Assembly (NCBI GenBank): GCA_026415595.1
Contig: JAOAGU010000001.1
Span: 1-43,765 of the forward strand
Reading direction: 5' to 3'
Length of the DNA: 43,765 nt
DNA from: Thermodesulfovibrio sp.
Lineage (GTDB): Bacteria; Nitrospirota; Thermodesulfovibrionia; Thermodesulfovibrionales; Thermodesulfovibrionaceae
Position 1 is the stretch's first letter; every line of letters starts with the position of its first letter. The notes under the pieces were generated by a model, which worked only from the letters and a program-made list of their open reading frames with translations, did no database searches and was not told the origin of the DNA. The translations under genes and the position numbers were made by a program. Shown here piece after piece: positions 30,583-39,304 of this stretch.

Positions 30583-31307
30583 AAATTTTAATTGTAGACG
30601 ATGAAAATCTCTCATTAATGAGGCTAAATAGGCTTCTTACTGAAGCAGGAAATCACATTATACTCTCAGCTAAATCTTCTTCTGAGGCGATTTCAATCTT
30701 AGAGAAAAATCCAGATATACACATAGCTTTTATTGATATAAAAATGCCTGATATGTCAGGGATAGAGCTTGCTTATAAAATTCTTACTAAAAATGAGAGC
30801 ATTTTTATAGTTTTTCAAACTGCGTATGAAGAATACGCCTTAGAGGCTTTTAAAGTAGGTGCAATTGATTATCTTCTAAAACCATATACTGTTGAAGATA
30901 TAAAAAGGGTTTTAGATAGAATTGATAAATTCAGGGAATCAAAGAATAGAATTAAATTTATGATTAAAACTGTTCAGGGAGAATATAGAATGCTTTCTCC
31001 AGAAGATATATACTATATAAAGGCAGAGCTGAAGGACTCATTAATAAGAATTTATAATGATTATATTTACTATCCCCTGTCTATATCTAAATTTGAGGAA
31101 AGACTAAGAAATTACGGTTTTTTTAGAGTTCATAAGTCCTATCTTATAAATATTGGGAAATTAGAAAAGATAAGAAGGGTGCAACAAAGCAAGTTGATAT
31201 TTAAATTCTCAGGTATTGATGACACCGTTACAAGTAGTAAGGAGGGTGCTAAGCTTTTTAGGGAGAGATTTGGAGAAATTTCTTTTAGGGAGAATACAAA
31301 ATTTTAA
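30579..31307 (+). CDS. LytTR-family response regulator
   Basis: IVDDE, FIDIKMP, FQTAY, YLLKP, FFRVHKSYLIN. Confidence 0.95.
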   Translation: MKILIVDDENLSLMRLNRLLTEAGNHIILSAKSSSEAISILEKNPDIHIAFIDIKMPDMSGIELAYKILTKNESIFIVFQTAYEEYALEAFKVGAIDYLLKPYTVEDIKRVLDRIDKFRESKNRIKFMIKTVQGEYRMLSPEDIYYIKAELKDSLIRIYNDYIYYPLSISKFEERLRNYGFFRVHKSYLINIGKLEKIRRVQQSKLIFKFSGIDDTVTSSKEGAKLFRERFGEISFRENTKF

Positions 31308-32427
31308 TTTTGCAGTCCTTTGGAAGTCTTACTTTTTTGTTTGATAATTTTAAGTACTTGTCAATTGAAAAATAGTCACCTTTTTTTATTTTAAGCCATA
31401 TTTCATCTTCACTGAAATCTCTTTTTAGTTTTTCCATATCAATCAATTCTCCTTTCCAGCATGCCCAGAGCCTGCTTTTGCCTTTTTCTCTAAGTAAATG
31501 ACTCGTGTTTTTTATTATCTCACCATCTCCCTCAAAGGTGTCTTTAATATTGACTCTATCTTTTCTTAGTACAATATAGCTAAATTTGATATAGTTTATC
31601 TGAAGTCCAACGGAGATTAAAAAGTTAAGGTAGTCAGGTGGAGACCATTTTCTCTCTTCATAACACCAATTATTTGCCTTAAGAGCTGAACAGGGAAGGT
31701 CATTAAGGCAGGGGCTATAGGGATAAAGCCCGATCTTTTCTATCAAAGAATCCCTTAATCTATGCAGACTAATAGAGGCTTTTTTAGTCCCTGGTTCAAT
31801 AATGATAAGGGTAGTTTTAGGATTTTTATAATAGAAGAATCTTATAATTTCTATAAAATCATCAAGTTCTATTTCCCTTTTTTCAAATATTTCACCAAGG
31901 GAGTTTGAAAAAATAACTATATCAGGTTTTATGTTTATTAAATTTTTATAAATTTTTAAATCTGAAGCATTTGCCTTTATGAATTCACTTTCCGCAATCA
32001 ATTTTTCAGGTTTTAAGTCACTAATGAGTTTTTCTGCAATAGAAATTGCTTTTTCTTCAGATTCAATGCCTAAATATTTTATTTGTTCTAAGTAAATTAT
32101 CCCTTCCTCAATAAGGTTAAATAATGATAATAGGGCAGGTGCAGGACCACAGCCAATATCAAGAATTTTTAAATCCTTTTTATTTTTTAGAAAAGGATAG
32201 CGAAATAATTCCTTAAATATACTATAATGTTTTGCAATATTAACAGGAACAAAATATAATATATAACCTCTTAAAACATCCTCATCACTCATATAATCTG
32301 ATTTTCTATGCGCAGACTTGAAAGTAAAAAGATTTGAAGTTTTTAATATGAGATTTTTTATTTGTTCTTTTGTGGGGTTTTTATTAGGAAAAGATAAATT
32401 GAGAAATGAAATATATCTTTCTTTCAC
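31285..32427 (-). CDS. Rsm22/METTL17-like SAM-binding protein
   Basis: YILYFVP, ILDIGCGPA, IIIEPGT, SPCLNDLPC...WC, KFSYIVL, LWAC. Confidence 0.8.
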   Translation of the reverse strand: MKERYISFLNLSFPNKNPTKEQIKNLILKTSNLFTFKSAHRKSDYMSDEDVLRGYILYFVPVNIAKHYSIFKELFRYPFLKNKKDLKILDIGCGPAPALLSLFNLIEEGIIYLEQIKYLGIESEEKAISIAEKLISDLKPEKLIAESEFIKANASDLKIYKNLINIKPDIVIFSNSLGEIFEKREIELDDFIEIIRFFYYKNPKTTLIIIEPGTKKASISLHRLRDSLIEKIGLYPYSPCLNDLPCSALKANNWCYEERKWSPPDYLNFLISVGLQINYIKFSYIVLRKDRVNIKDTFEGDGEIIKNTSHLLREKGKSRLWACWKGELIDMEKLKRDFSEDEIWLKIKKGDYFSIDKYLKLSNKKVRLPKDCKIKILYSP

Positions 32428-32440
32428 CTTTTTGGATTTT

Positions 32441-32460
32441 AGGGGGGATAAATCCCCCCT
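32441..32460. terminator. GC-rich hairpin downstream of hup (terminator or stabilising stem)
   Basis: AGGGGGGAT-AA-ATCCCCCCT perfect inverted repeat; no U-tract on the hup strand. Confidence 0.55.
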
Positions 32461-32478
32461 TAGTTTAAATATAAGCTA

Positions 32479-32751
32479 TTATTTTACTGCGTCTTTTAAT
32501 GATTTGCCAGCAGAGAACTTTGGTATTTTTGTTGCTGGAATTTTAATCTCTTGCCCAGTTCTTGGATTTCTTCCTTTTCTTGCTTTTCTCTTTGTAACAT
32601 AAAAACTTCCAAAGCCTACAAGGGTTACTTTTTCACCTTTTTTAAGAGCTTCTTTAACAGCTTCAATTGTTGCATCAAGAGCTTTTGCAGCTTCTGCCTT
32701 TGTTAATTGTGCCTTACTGGCAACCTTTCCGATTAAATCTGCCTTTGTCAT
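32479..32751 (-). CDS. hup: HU family DNA-binding protein
   Basis: MTKADLI, LVGFGSF, RKGRNPRTGQEIKIPA, FSAGKSLKDAV; SD AGGAGG. Confidence 0.97.
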   Translation of the reverse strand: MTKADLIGKVASKAQLTKAEAAKALDATIEAVKEALKKGEKVTLVGFGSFYVTKRKARKGRNPRTGQEIKIPATKIPKFSAGKSLKDAVK

Positions 32752-32795
32752 ACTACTGCCCTCCTTTTAGGTTGATAAATTAAGGTTTTGTGTAA

Positions 32796-32824
32796 ACAAT
32801 ACCAAATTTTTTAGATAATGTCAA
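32796..32824 (-). promoter_or_regulatory. Sigma-70 promoter of hup
   Basis: TTGACA (32824-32819), 17 nt ending TGG, TATTGT (32801-32796). Confidence 0.7.
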
Positions 32825-33166
32825 GTATTTTTTAAAAAATTTACTGAAATATATTTATTGTTAGTTATTGTTAATTAGCAATATCATTAAAATTAAGTAA
32901 TATATTATTAATTAATCAGCCCACATTTTAGATTTAATTGATAGTATTAATATTAGAAAATAATTTCCAGAATTAATTTAAAAATTCAGAAAAACAAATT
33001 TACGGTGATAGAATCCCTTTTTGTAAGTTTTATCAGAGAATCATTATAATGATATGTAGTTTAAAGCTAATAAGCACCTTCATGTTTCAGAAATATTCCT
33101 GAAAGAATTAAGTAATATAAGTTTACTACTTAATAATAATAAAGAAACAGGCATTGAAAAAAATAG

Positions 33167-33445
33167 GTTATATTACTAACGAAATGGTTTGATAGTGATC
33201 GTAACGTAAAACTTCTTGAAGGGCAAGGATTAAGCTATATAAGTTAAACTAAGAGAACTTTAGAGAGAGAAGCTTTTATTTCGAGAGATTTCAAGAAAAT
33301 ACATTATCGTTTAGGAAGCTTTAGTGATATAAACGAATATGGAGTTTAAGATATTTAGAGTATGATTGAATTAAAGGAAGATTATAAGTAAAACAGAGCT
33401 TTGTATATTGGGGAGTCTGTTGCGTTCAGACAGATTATCTTTAAT
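33167..33445 (+). mobile_element. Possible heavily degraded DDE transposase remnant
   Basis: Stop-interrupted translation VILLTKWFDSDRNVKLLEGQGLSYIS*TKR resembles the IS4-like second-Asp region; later DYK*NR...GESVAFRQI weakly resembles YxxRxxIExxFR. Confidence 0.3.
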
Positions 33446-33548
33446 GGAATATATAGTATTACAAGACTCATGTTGATGAATTTTCGGAGTTTTATTAGAG
33501 GATTTAGATATTTGATGTTTAATGATATATGTAGTGTTATGGATTAAT

Positions 33549-33695
33549 TTATTTATTTTTTATTTTATGATTTTTTCGTTCTACTTCTTTCTTTTTGTTT
33601 TTTTCAGACTTTCTACTGAGTCTGTCAAATTCTTTTGGTTTTGAGAAAGTTATTGATACAAGAAGGTCCTTCATCTTTTTCCATATCTTTTTCAT
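33549..33695 (-). CDS. Small basic protein (48 aa) or relic gene directly behind a sigma-54 promoter
   Basis: MKKIWKKMKDLLVSITFSKPKEFDRLSRKSEKNKKKEVERKNHKIKNK. The longer 60-aa track ORF would start upstream of the promoter, so ATG 33695 is preferred. Confidence 0.5.
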   Translation of the reverse strand: MKKIWKKMKDLLVSITFSKPKEFDRLSRKSEKNKKKEVERKNHKIKNK

Positions 33696-33710
33696 CAAAA
33701 ATATATAACA

Positions 33711-33727
33711 AGCAATAGATATGCCAA
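33711..33727 (-). promoter_or_regulatory. Sigma-54 (-24/-12) promoter
   Basis: Minus strand TTGGCATATCTATTGCT matches YTGGCACG-N4-TTGCW with exact GG-N10-GC spacing; about 120 bp from a sigma-54 activator gene. Confidence 0.75.
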
Positions 33728-33736
33728 ACAAAAAAA

Positions 33737-33797
33737 AGCAAAAAAATAAGACTTAGCAGCAAAAAAATAAGTAATTAATGCAACAAATTATTGCGTT
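33737..33797. repeat. 21-bp-period direct repeats plus palindrome (candidate enhancer/bending element)
   Basis: AGCAAAAAAATAAG at 33737-33750 and 33758-33771; third copy (9/14) at 33779-33792 within AATGCAA-N7-TTGCGTT. Confidence 0.65.
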
Positions 33798-33845
33798 TTA
33801 TTAAAATAGTTTTTTGATAAAACCGAATAAAATTTTAACCTAAAA

Positions 33846-35138
33846 TCATGTGGCAATCTTAAATTGTTTCAGTTTGCGCTGAAGCTGTTGTCTATGAATT
33901 CCTAATAATTCCGCAGCTCTTGAAATATTACCTCTGCTTTTCTGCAAGGCTGACCAAATTAACTCTTTTTCAAAAGTATCCACTGCTTCTCTAAGAGGTC
34001 CAAGAAGTGTCTTTTTAGAATGTTGAGTTTTTAATAAATAGTCTGGTAGATCTTTAATCGTTATTTCAACAGAATTTGTAAAAGCTATAGCTCTTTCAAT
34101 AATATTTTCAAGCTCTCTTACATTTCCTGGGAAAGAGTAGTTCATCAAAACATCAAGAGCTTCTTCTGTAATTCCCTTGATAGTAACATCCTTTCTCTTA
34201 GATGAGTGTTTTTTTATAAAAAACTCAATAAGTGATGGTATATCTTCTTTTCTATTTCTTAATGGAGGAATTTCTATGTGTATTACATTCAATCTGTAAA
34301 AAAGATCTTCCCTAAAAATACCCTCTTTACAAGCTTTTGTAAGGTCTTTATTAGTAGCAGTAATAAATCTCACGTCAACTTTTATTGGATGACTACCACC
34401 TATTCTTATAAATTCACCTTCCTGAATGACCCTGAGAATTTTGGTTTGAAAAAGTGGTGAAACATCACCTATTTCATCAAAAAATAAAGTCCCTCTATGC
34501 GCCCATTCAACAAGTCCTTTTTTAGTATAATTTGCCCCTGTAAATGCCCCTTTTTCAAAACCGAAAAGCTCTGATTCAAGCAATGTATCCGGTATAGCTG
34601 AGCAATTTATAACAATAAAAGGATTTTCTCTTCTTTCGCTTAACTTATGAATTGCCCTTGCTACAAGTTCTTTGCCAGAGCCTGTTTCACCTGTTATAAG
34701 AACATTACTATCTGTAAGTGCTGCCTTCCTGATACCGCAATATACGTCCTCCATGGTTCTGCTTTTTCCGATAAGACCCTCTATTTCTATCTTTGGTTTA
34801 TCCTTAAAATTCTCAAAAATCTCCTTTACAGAGTCATTCTTCAATGGTTTTTGCAGAAAATCTGTTGCACCTAATTTCATTGATTTAACGACTTTTTTTA
34901 TGTCAGACTTGCCAAATGTGATTACTGGCATATATTGTTTCAACTCTGTTAGTCTTTTTTCCCATCCTTCAGCATCAATATCTACAAAAGCAATATCATA
35001 AGTTGAGAAGTCTGCAGATGAGGAAGCCTTTGTTTTATTAGTTTTTCTCAAAGTAATTCCAATGGAATCAAAAATTTCATAAAGTTTTTTTGCTTCCTCG
35101 GAAATAACAAGAACACTGAAGGACCTCAATAAAACCAT
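33846..35138 (-). CDS. Sigma-54-dependent transcriptional activator (NtrC family) with atypical receiver domain
   Basis: GETGSGKE, ESELFG, GAFTGA, FFDEIG, FREDLFYRL, PGNVRELEN, Fis-type HTH. Confidence 0.95.
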   Translation of the reverse strand: MVLLRSFSVLVISEEAKKLYEIFDSIGITLRKTNKTKASSSADFSTYDIAFVDIDAEGWEKRLTELKQYMPVITFGKSDIKKVVKSMKLGATDFLQKPLKNDSVKEIFENFKDKPKIEIEGLIGKSRTMEDVYCGIRKAALTDSNVLITGETGSGKELVARAIHKLSERRENPFIVINCSAIPDTLLESELFGFEKGAFTGANYTKKGLVEWAHRGTLFFDEIGDVSPLFQTKILRVIQEGEFIRIGGSHPIKVDVRFITATNKDLTKACKEGIFREDLFYRLNVIHIEIPPLRNRKEDIPSLIEFFIKKHSSKRKDVTIKGITEEALDVLMNYSFPGNVRELENIIERAIAFTNSVEITIKDLPDYLLKTQHSKKTLLGPLREAVDTFEKELIWSALQKSRGNISRAAELLGIHRQQLQRKLKQFKIAT

Positions 35139-35192
35139 TACAGTTAAAAATAGAACATTTAAGGTGAGGTTGTCAATACGTTATAATAAAAA

Positions 35193-37760
35193 ATGAACTT
35201 TGAAGAGAGCTCACAAGACCAACTAACTCCTCTTATGCGGCAGTACTTCAAAATCAAAGAACACTATAAAGATTCTATAGTTTTTTTCAGACTCGGAGAT
35301 TTTTATGAGATGTTTGGAGAAGATGCTGTTATTGCCTCGAGAATACTGGGAATAACTTTAACATCAAGGGATAAATCAAAGGAAAATCCCATTCCAATGT
35401 GTGGTATCCCATATTTTTCATCAGATTCATACATTGAAAAACTTCTCAATGAAGGCTATAAAGTAGCGATATGTGAGCAGATAGGAGATCCTAAAACTTC
35501 AAAGGGAATAGTTGAACGGGAGGTTGTGAAGGTTTTTACACCAGGAACATATTTACCCGAGGGGGTGAAGGAAAATATATACATTATGTCTATATATCCT
35601 TATAAAGGAAAAATTGGATTTGCTATAGCAGATATAACAACAGGACAATTTTTTCTTTATGAAAAAGATAAAAATATTGCTGATGAAATTGAGAGATTTG
35701 AGCCAAGAGAGATTCTACTGCCTTCAAGCCTTCGGGATAGCCTGCGATTTGAAGCATCTAAATACAATAAAACGTATATTGAAGACTGGAAGTTTGACTA
35801 CCTTCTTTCTTATAAAAGCCTTTTAGAGTATTTTAAGGTGGTCTCTCTTAGAAGCTTTGGAGCAGAGGAATTACATAACGCTATATCAGCAGGAGGTGTG
35901 CTTTTAAAGTATCTTGAGGAAAATAAACAGCAAAGTGAATTTAAAGAGATAAAGGTTTTAAATCTTTCTGATTTCATGCTGCTTGATAGTGTTACTAAAA
36001 AGAATCTTGAGATTTTCACCTCTCTTGATGGTAATTATGAAGGTTCTCTTCTGTGGGTTTTGGATGAAACACTCACTCCTATGGGAACAAGATTTTTGAG
36101 AAATGCTCTGTCTTGTCCACTGCTTAAAATAGCCGAGATAGAAGAAAGACTTGATGGAGTTGAGGGTTTTCATAGGGATTATATTTTGAGAGAATCAGTA
36201 GAAAAAATTTTAAAGGATTTTCCAGATATTGAAAGAATTGCTCTTAAGATTAGAGCTAAAACAGTCAATCCCAGGGAGTTAAAATCTCTTCAGCTTGGAC
36301 TAAAAAGAATTCCAGAATTGAAGGAATCTCTGAACAATGGCTCTATGATACTAAACAACCTTTCTAATTCTCTATATGAACTTAAAGATCTTGTAATAAA
36401 GCTTGAACTTGCCCTCAAGGAGAATCCACCAAATTTGACAACAGAAGGTGGTATTTTCAAGGAGGGATATAATTCAACTGTGGATGAACTTAGAGCATTA
36501 AGCAGTGAAAGTAAAAAATATATTCTCAATATAGAAGCTGAGGAAAGAAAGAAAACAGGAATAAACTCACTTAAAATCGGGTATAACAGAGTTTTTGGTT
36601 ATTATATAGAAGTAACAAAACCAAATCTTCATCTTATTCCATCTAATTATATTAGAAAACAGACTCTTGTAAATGCAGAGAGATTTATTACGGAGGAGTT
36701 GAAGGAATTTGAGTTAAAAATAATTAATGCTGAAGAAAAGCTTAAAATACTCGAGCAGGAACTCTTTATAGAACTAATAAATTCAATTTTACCATACACT
36801 GATATAATACTTAAGAATGCCGAAACAATTGGATTTTTAGATTTTATTCTTTCCCTTGCAACAGTTGCATCAAAATATAACTATATAAGACCTGAAATAA
36901 ATGAGGAAGATATAATAGAGATAAAAGAGGGTAGACATCCAGTAATTGAAAGACTCATTCAGCTTGGAAAGCTTCATGAAGGAAGGTTTATTCCCAATGA
37001 ACTTTTAATTGGCACCGAGGACCAGCGAATAATAATTCTTACAGGACCGAATATGGCAGGAAAATCTACATACATGAGACAGAACGCTCTGATTATTTTA
37101 ATGGCACAGATTGGCTCATTTGTTCCAGCAAAATATGCAAAGATAGGAATTGTTGACAGAATTTTCACCCGTATAGGTGCTTCAGATTTTCTCACCAAAG
37201 GACAGAGTACTTTTATGGTTGAGATGATAGAAACCGCAAATATTCTGAATAATGCTACTATAAAAAGCTTTATAATTCTTGATGAAGTGGGTAGAGGAAC
37301 AAGTACTTTTGATGGAATAAGTATAGCTTGGGCAGTTGTAGAATATATTGCAGAAAAAATTAAGGCGAGAACACTATTTGCTACACACTACCATGAACTT
37401 ACTGACCTTGCCTTCAGTTTTGATAGTATTAAGAATTATACCGTTGTGGTGAAAGAATGGGGAGATGAAATCATATTTTTAAGGAAAATACAGAAAGGTG
37501 GTGTTGATAAAAGCTACGGGATTCAGGTTGCTCGACTTGCAGGACTTCCTCCAGAAATATTAGACAGAGCAAGAGATATTCTCCGAAGGCTTGAGAAAAA
37601 GGAATTTCAGATTTTTCCCATAAAAGCGAGACAGCTTGATCTTTTTTTTCAAGAAGACCCTATAAAGGCAGAGCTTTCAAAAATTGATATTGAATCTTTA
37701 AGCCCTCAGAAGGCGTTGAAAAAGCTTAAAGAATTAAAGGAGATGTTAGGGAATGATTAA
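35193..37760 (+). CDS. mutS: DNA mismatch repair protein MutS
   Basis: TPLMRQY, GDFYEMF, TGPNMAGKST, DEVGRGT, FATHYHEL, clamp motif QLDLF. Confidence 0.98.
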   Translation: MNFEESSQDQLTPLMRQYFKIKEHYKDSIVFFRLGDFYEMFGEDAVIASRILGITLTSRDKSKENPIPMCGIPYFSSDSYIEKLLNEGYKVAICEQIGDPKTSKGIVEREVVKVFTPGTYLPEGVKENIYIMSIYPYKGKIGFAIADITTGQFFLYEKDKNIADEIERFEPREILLPSSLRDSLRFEASKYNKTYIEDWKFDYLLSYKSLLEYFKVVSLRSFGAEELHNAISAGGVLLKYLEENKQQSEFKEIKVLNLSDFMLLDSVTKKNLEIFTSLDGNYEGSLLWVLDETLTPMGTRFLRNALSCPLLKIAEIEERLDGVEGFHRDYILRESVEKILKDFPDIERIALKIRAKTVNPRELKSLQLGLKRIPELKESLNNGSMILNNLSNSLYELKDLVIKLELALKENPPNLTTEGGIFKEGYNSTVDELRALSSESKKYILNIEAEERKKTGINSLKIGYNRVFGYYIEVTKPNLHLIPSNYIRKQTLVNAERFITEELKEFELKIINAEEKLKILEQELFIELINSILPYTDIILKNAETIGFLDFILSLATVASKYNYIRPEINEEDIIEIKEGRHPVIERLIQLGKLHEGRFIPNELLIGTEDQRIIILTGPNMAGKSTYMRQNALIILMAQIGSFVPAKYAKIGIVDRIFTRIGASDFLTKGQSTFMVEMIETANILNNATIKSFIILDEVGRGTSTFDGISIAWAVVEYIAEKIKARTLFATHYHELTDLAFSFDSIKNYTVVVKEWGDEIIFLRKIQKGGVDKSYGIQVARLAGLPPEILDRARDILRRLEKKEFQIFPIKARQLDLFFQEDPIKAELSKIDIESLSPQKALKKLKELKEMLGND

Positions 37761-38364
37761 AGTGGGACTTACAGGAAATTTTGGTATGGGTAAAAGCACA
37801 GTGGCTGAGTTTTTCAAAAAATTAGGTGCTTATGTTATAAATGCTGATAAATTAGTAGAAAGCCTTTTAGAGGAACCTGATGTGGTAGAGGAGATAGAGA
37901 GATTATTCGGTAAAGAAGTTCTTATTAACGGCAAACTTAACAAAAAATATATTGCCAACATAATTTTTGAAAATCCTCTGATGAGGATTTATCTTGAAAA
38001 TATTATTCATCCAAGGGTATTTGAAAAAATAGATGCGATAATAAAAAACATACCCTCAAGAGGAGAACCTACGATTGTTGTAGTTGAAGCTCCAATTATT
38101 TTTGAGAGAGGATATCAGAACAGATTTGACATAATAATTACAGTGTTTACTGATGAAGAAATAGCCATAAAAAGGCTTGAAGAAAAAGGTATTTCTAAAG
38201 AGGAGAGTATGAAAAGATTGAAAAGTCAGTTTCCCATTGAGATGAAAAAATCAAAGGCTGATTATATAATAGATAATTCAGGGAGTCTTGAAGATACTGC
38301 TTTACAGGTGGAAGCAATATTTCAAAAACTCATAGCAATGGAGAGAAAATATGCAGGTAATTAA
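37753..38364 (+). CDS. coaE: Dephospho-CoA kinase
   Basis: VGLTGNFGMGKST, LENIIHP, SQFP, ADYIIDN. Confidence 0.95.
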   Translation: MIKVGLTGNFGMGKSTVAEFFKKLGAYVINADKLVESLLEEPDVVEEIERLFGKEVLINGKLNKKYIANIIFENPLMRIYLENIIHPRVFEKIDAIIKNIPSRGEPTIVVVEAPIIFERGYQNRFDIIITVFTDEEIAIKRLEEKGISKEESMKRLKSQFPIEMKKSKADYIIDNSGSLEDTALQVEAIFQKLIAMERKYAGN

Positions 38365-39304
38365 AGGAATTGAAAAGTTGGACTTTGAAAACACAGTAAT
38401 AACCATAGGAAATTTTGATGGTGTACATATAGGACATCAGAAAATATTTAATTATATAAAAAGAAAGGCAAGGCAGATAGGTGGAAAGAGTATTGTGGTT
38501 ACTTTTCATCCCCATCCCATAAAGGTCTTATTTAAAGACCATCCTTTGAAGCTGATTACAACAACCGAGGATAAGATTAGATTAATTGAAAAATGTGGAG
38601 TAGATATAACAGTTCTGATACCTTTTACTAATGAATTTGCGCAGATGGAAGCAGAAGATTTTGTAAAGAATATTCTTGTAGAAAAACTTAATGCAAAATT
38701 AGTAATTGTAGGTTATGATTACAGATTTGGTAAGGGTAGAAAGGGTGACAGAGATTTATTAAAGAAACTTGGTTTAGTCTACGGATTTAAAGTAAAAGTG
38801 CTTAATGCCTATAAAAGGAAAGGAAAAATACTAAGCAGTACAGCAGTAAGGAATGCATTGATTGAAGGTAATATAAGAGAGGCAAATCTTTTTTTGGGTA
38901 GAGCCTATCATATAGATGGTGAGGTTATAAAAGGTTTAGGAAGAGGTTCTTCAATTCTTGGATATCCTACAGCAAATATATTACCTATTCAAGAGATTAT
39001 ACCTAAGAAGGGTGTTTATGCTGTAAAGGTAACTGTACCACATTTATCAAAAACCTATAGAGGGGTTGCCAATATTGGTCAAAATCCTACTTTTAACAAT
39101 AAAAATCTCAGTTATGAAGTCCATATTTTTGATTTCAAAGAAAATTTATTAGGAAAGTCTATAAGGATTCATTTCATTGCAAGAATCAGAGATGAAAAGA
39201 AGTTTTCCTCTCCCCAGGAACTTAAACAAAGTATAACAAAGGATATTGAGACAGCAAAGAAAATATTTAGTAAAGACAGAACAAAGCTTTTTCTAACTTC
39301 TTAA
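38351..39304 (+). CDS. ribF: Bifunctional riboflavin kinase/FAD synthetase
   Basis: GNFDGVHIGH, TFHPHP, SSTAVR, GYPTAN, NIGQNPTF, EVHIFDF, IRDEKKF. Confidence 0.97.
   Translation: MQVIKGIEKLDFENTVITIGNFDGVHIGHQKIFNYIKRKARQIGGKSIVVTFHPHPIKVLFKDHPLKLITTTEDKIRLIEKCGVDITVLIPFTNEFAQMEAEDFVKNILVEKLNAKLVIVGYDYRFGKGRKGDRDLLKKLGLVYGFKVKVLNAYKRKGKILSSTAVRNALIEGNIREANLFLGRAYHIDGEVIKGLGRGSSILGYPTANILPIQEIIPKKGVYAVKVTVPHLSKTYRGVANIGQNPTFNNKNLSYEVHIFDFKENLLGKSIRIHFIARIRDEKKFSSPQELKQSITKDIETAKKIFSKDRTKLFLTS

Noticed and set aside
32830-33000. Very AT-rich tract as a replication origin
   Set aside because: No DnaA-box cluster (TTATCCACA) seen and no dnaA context
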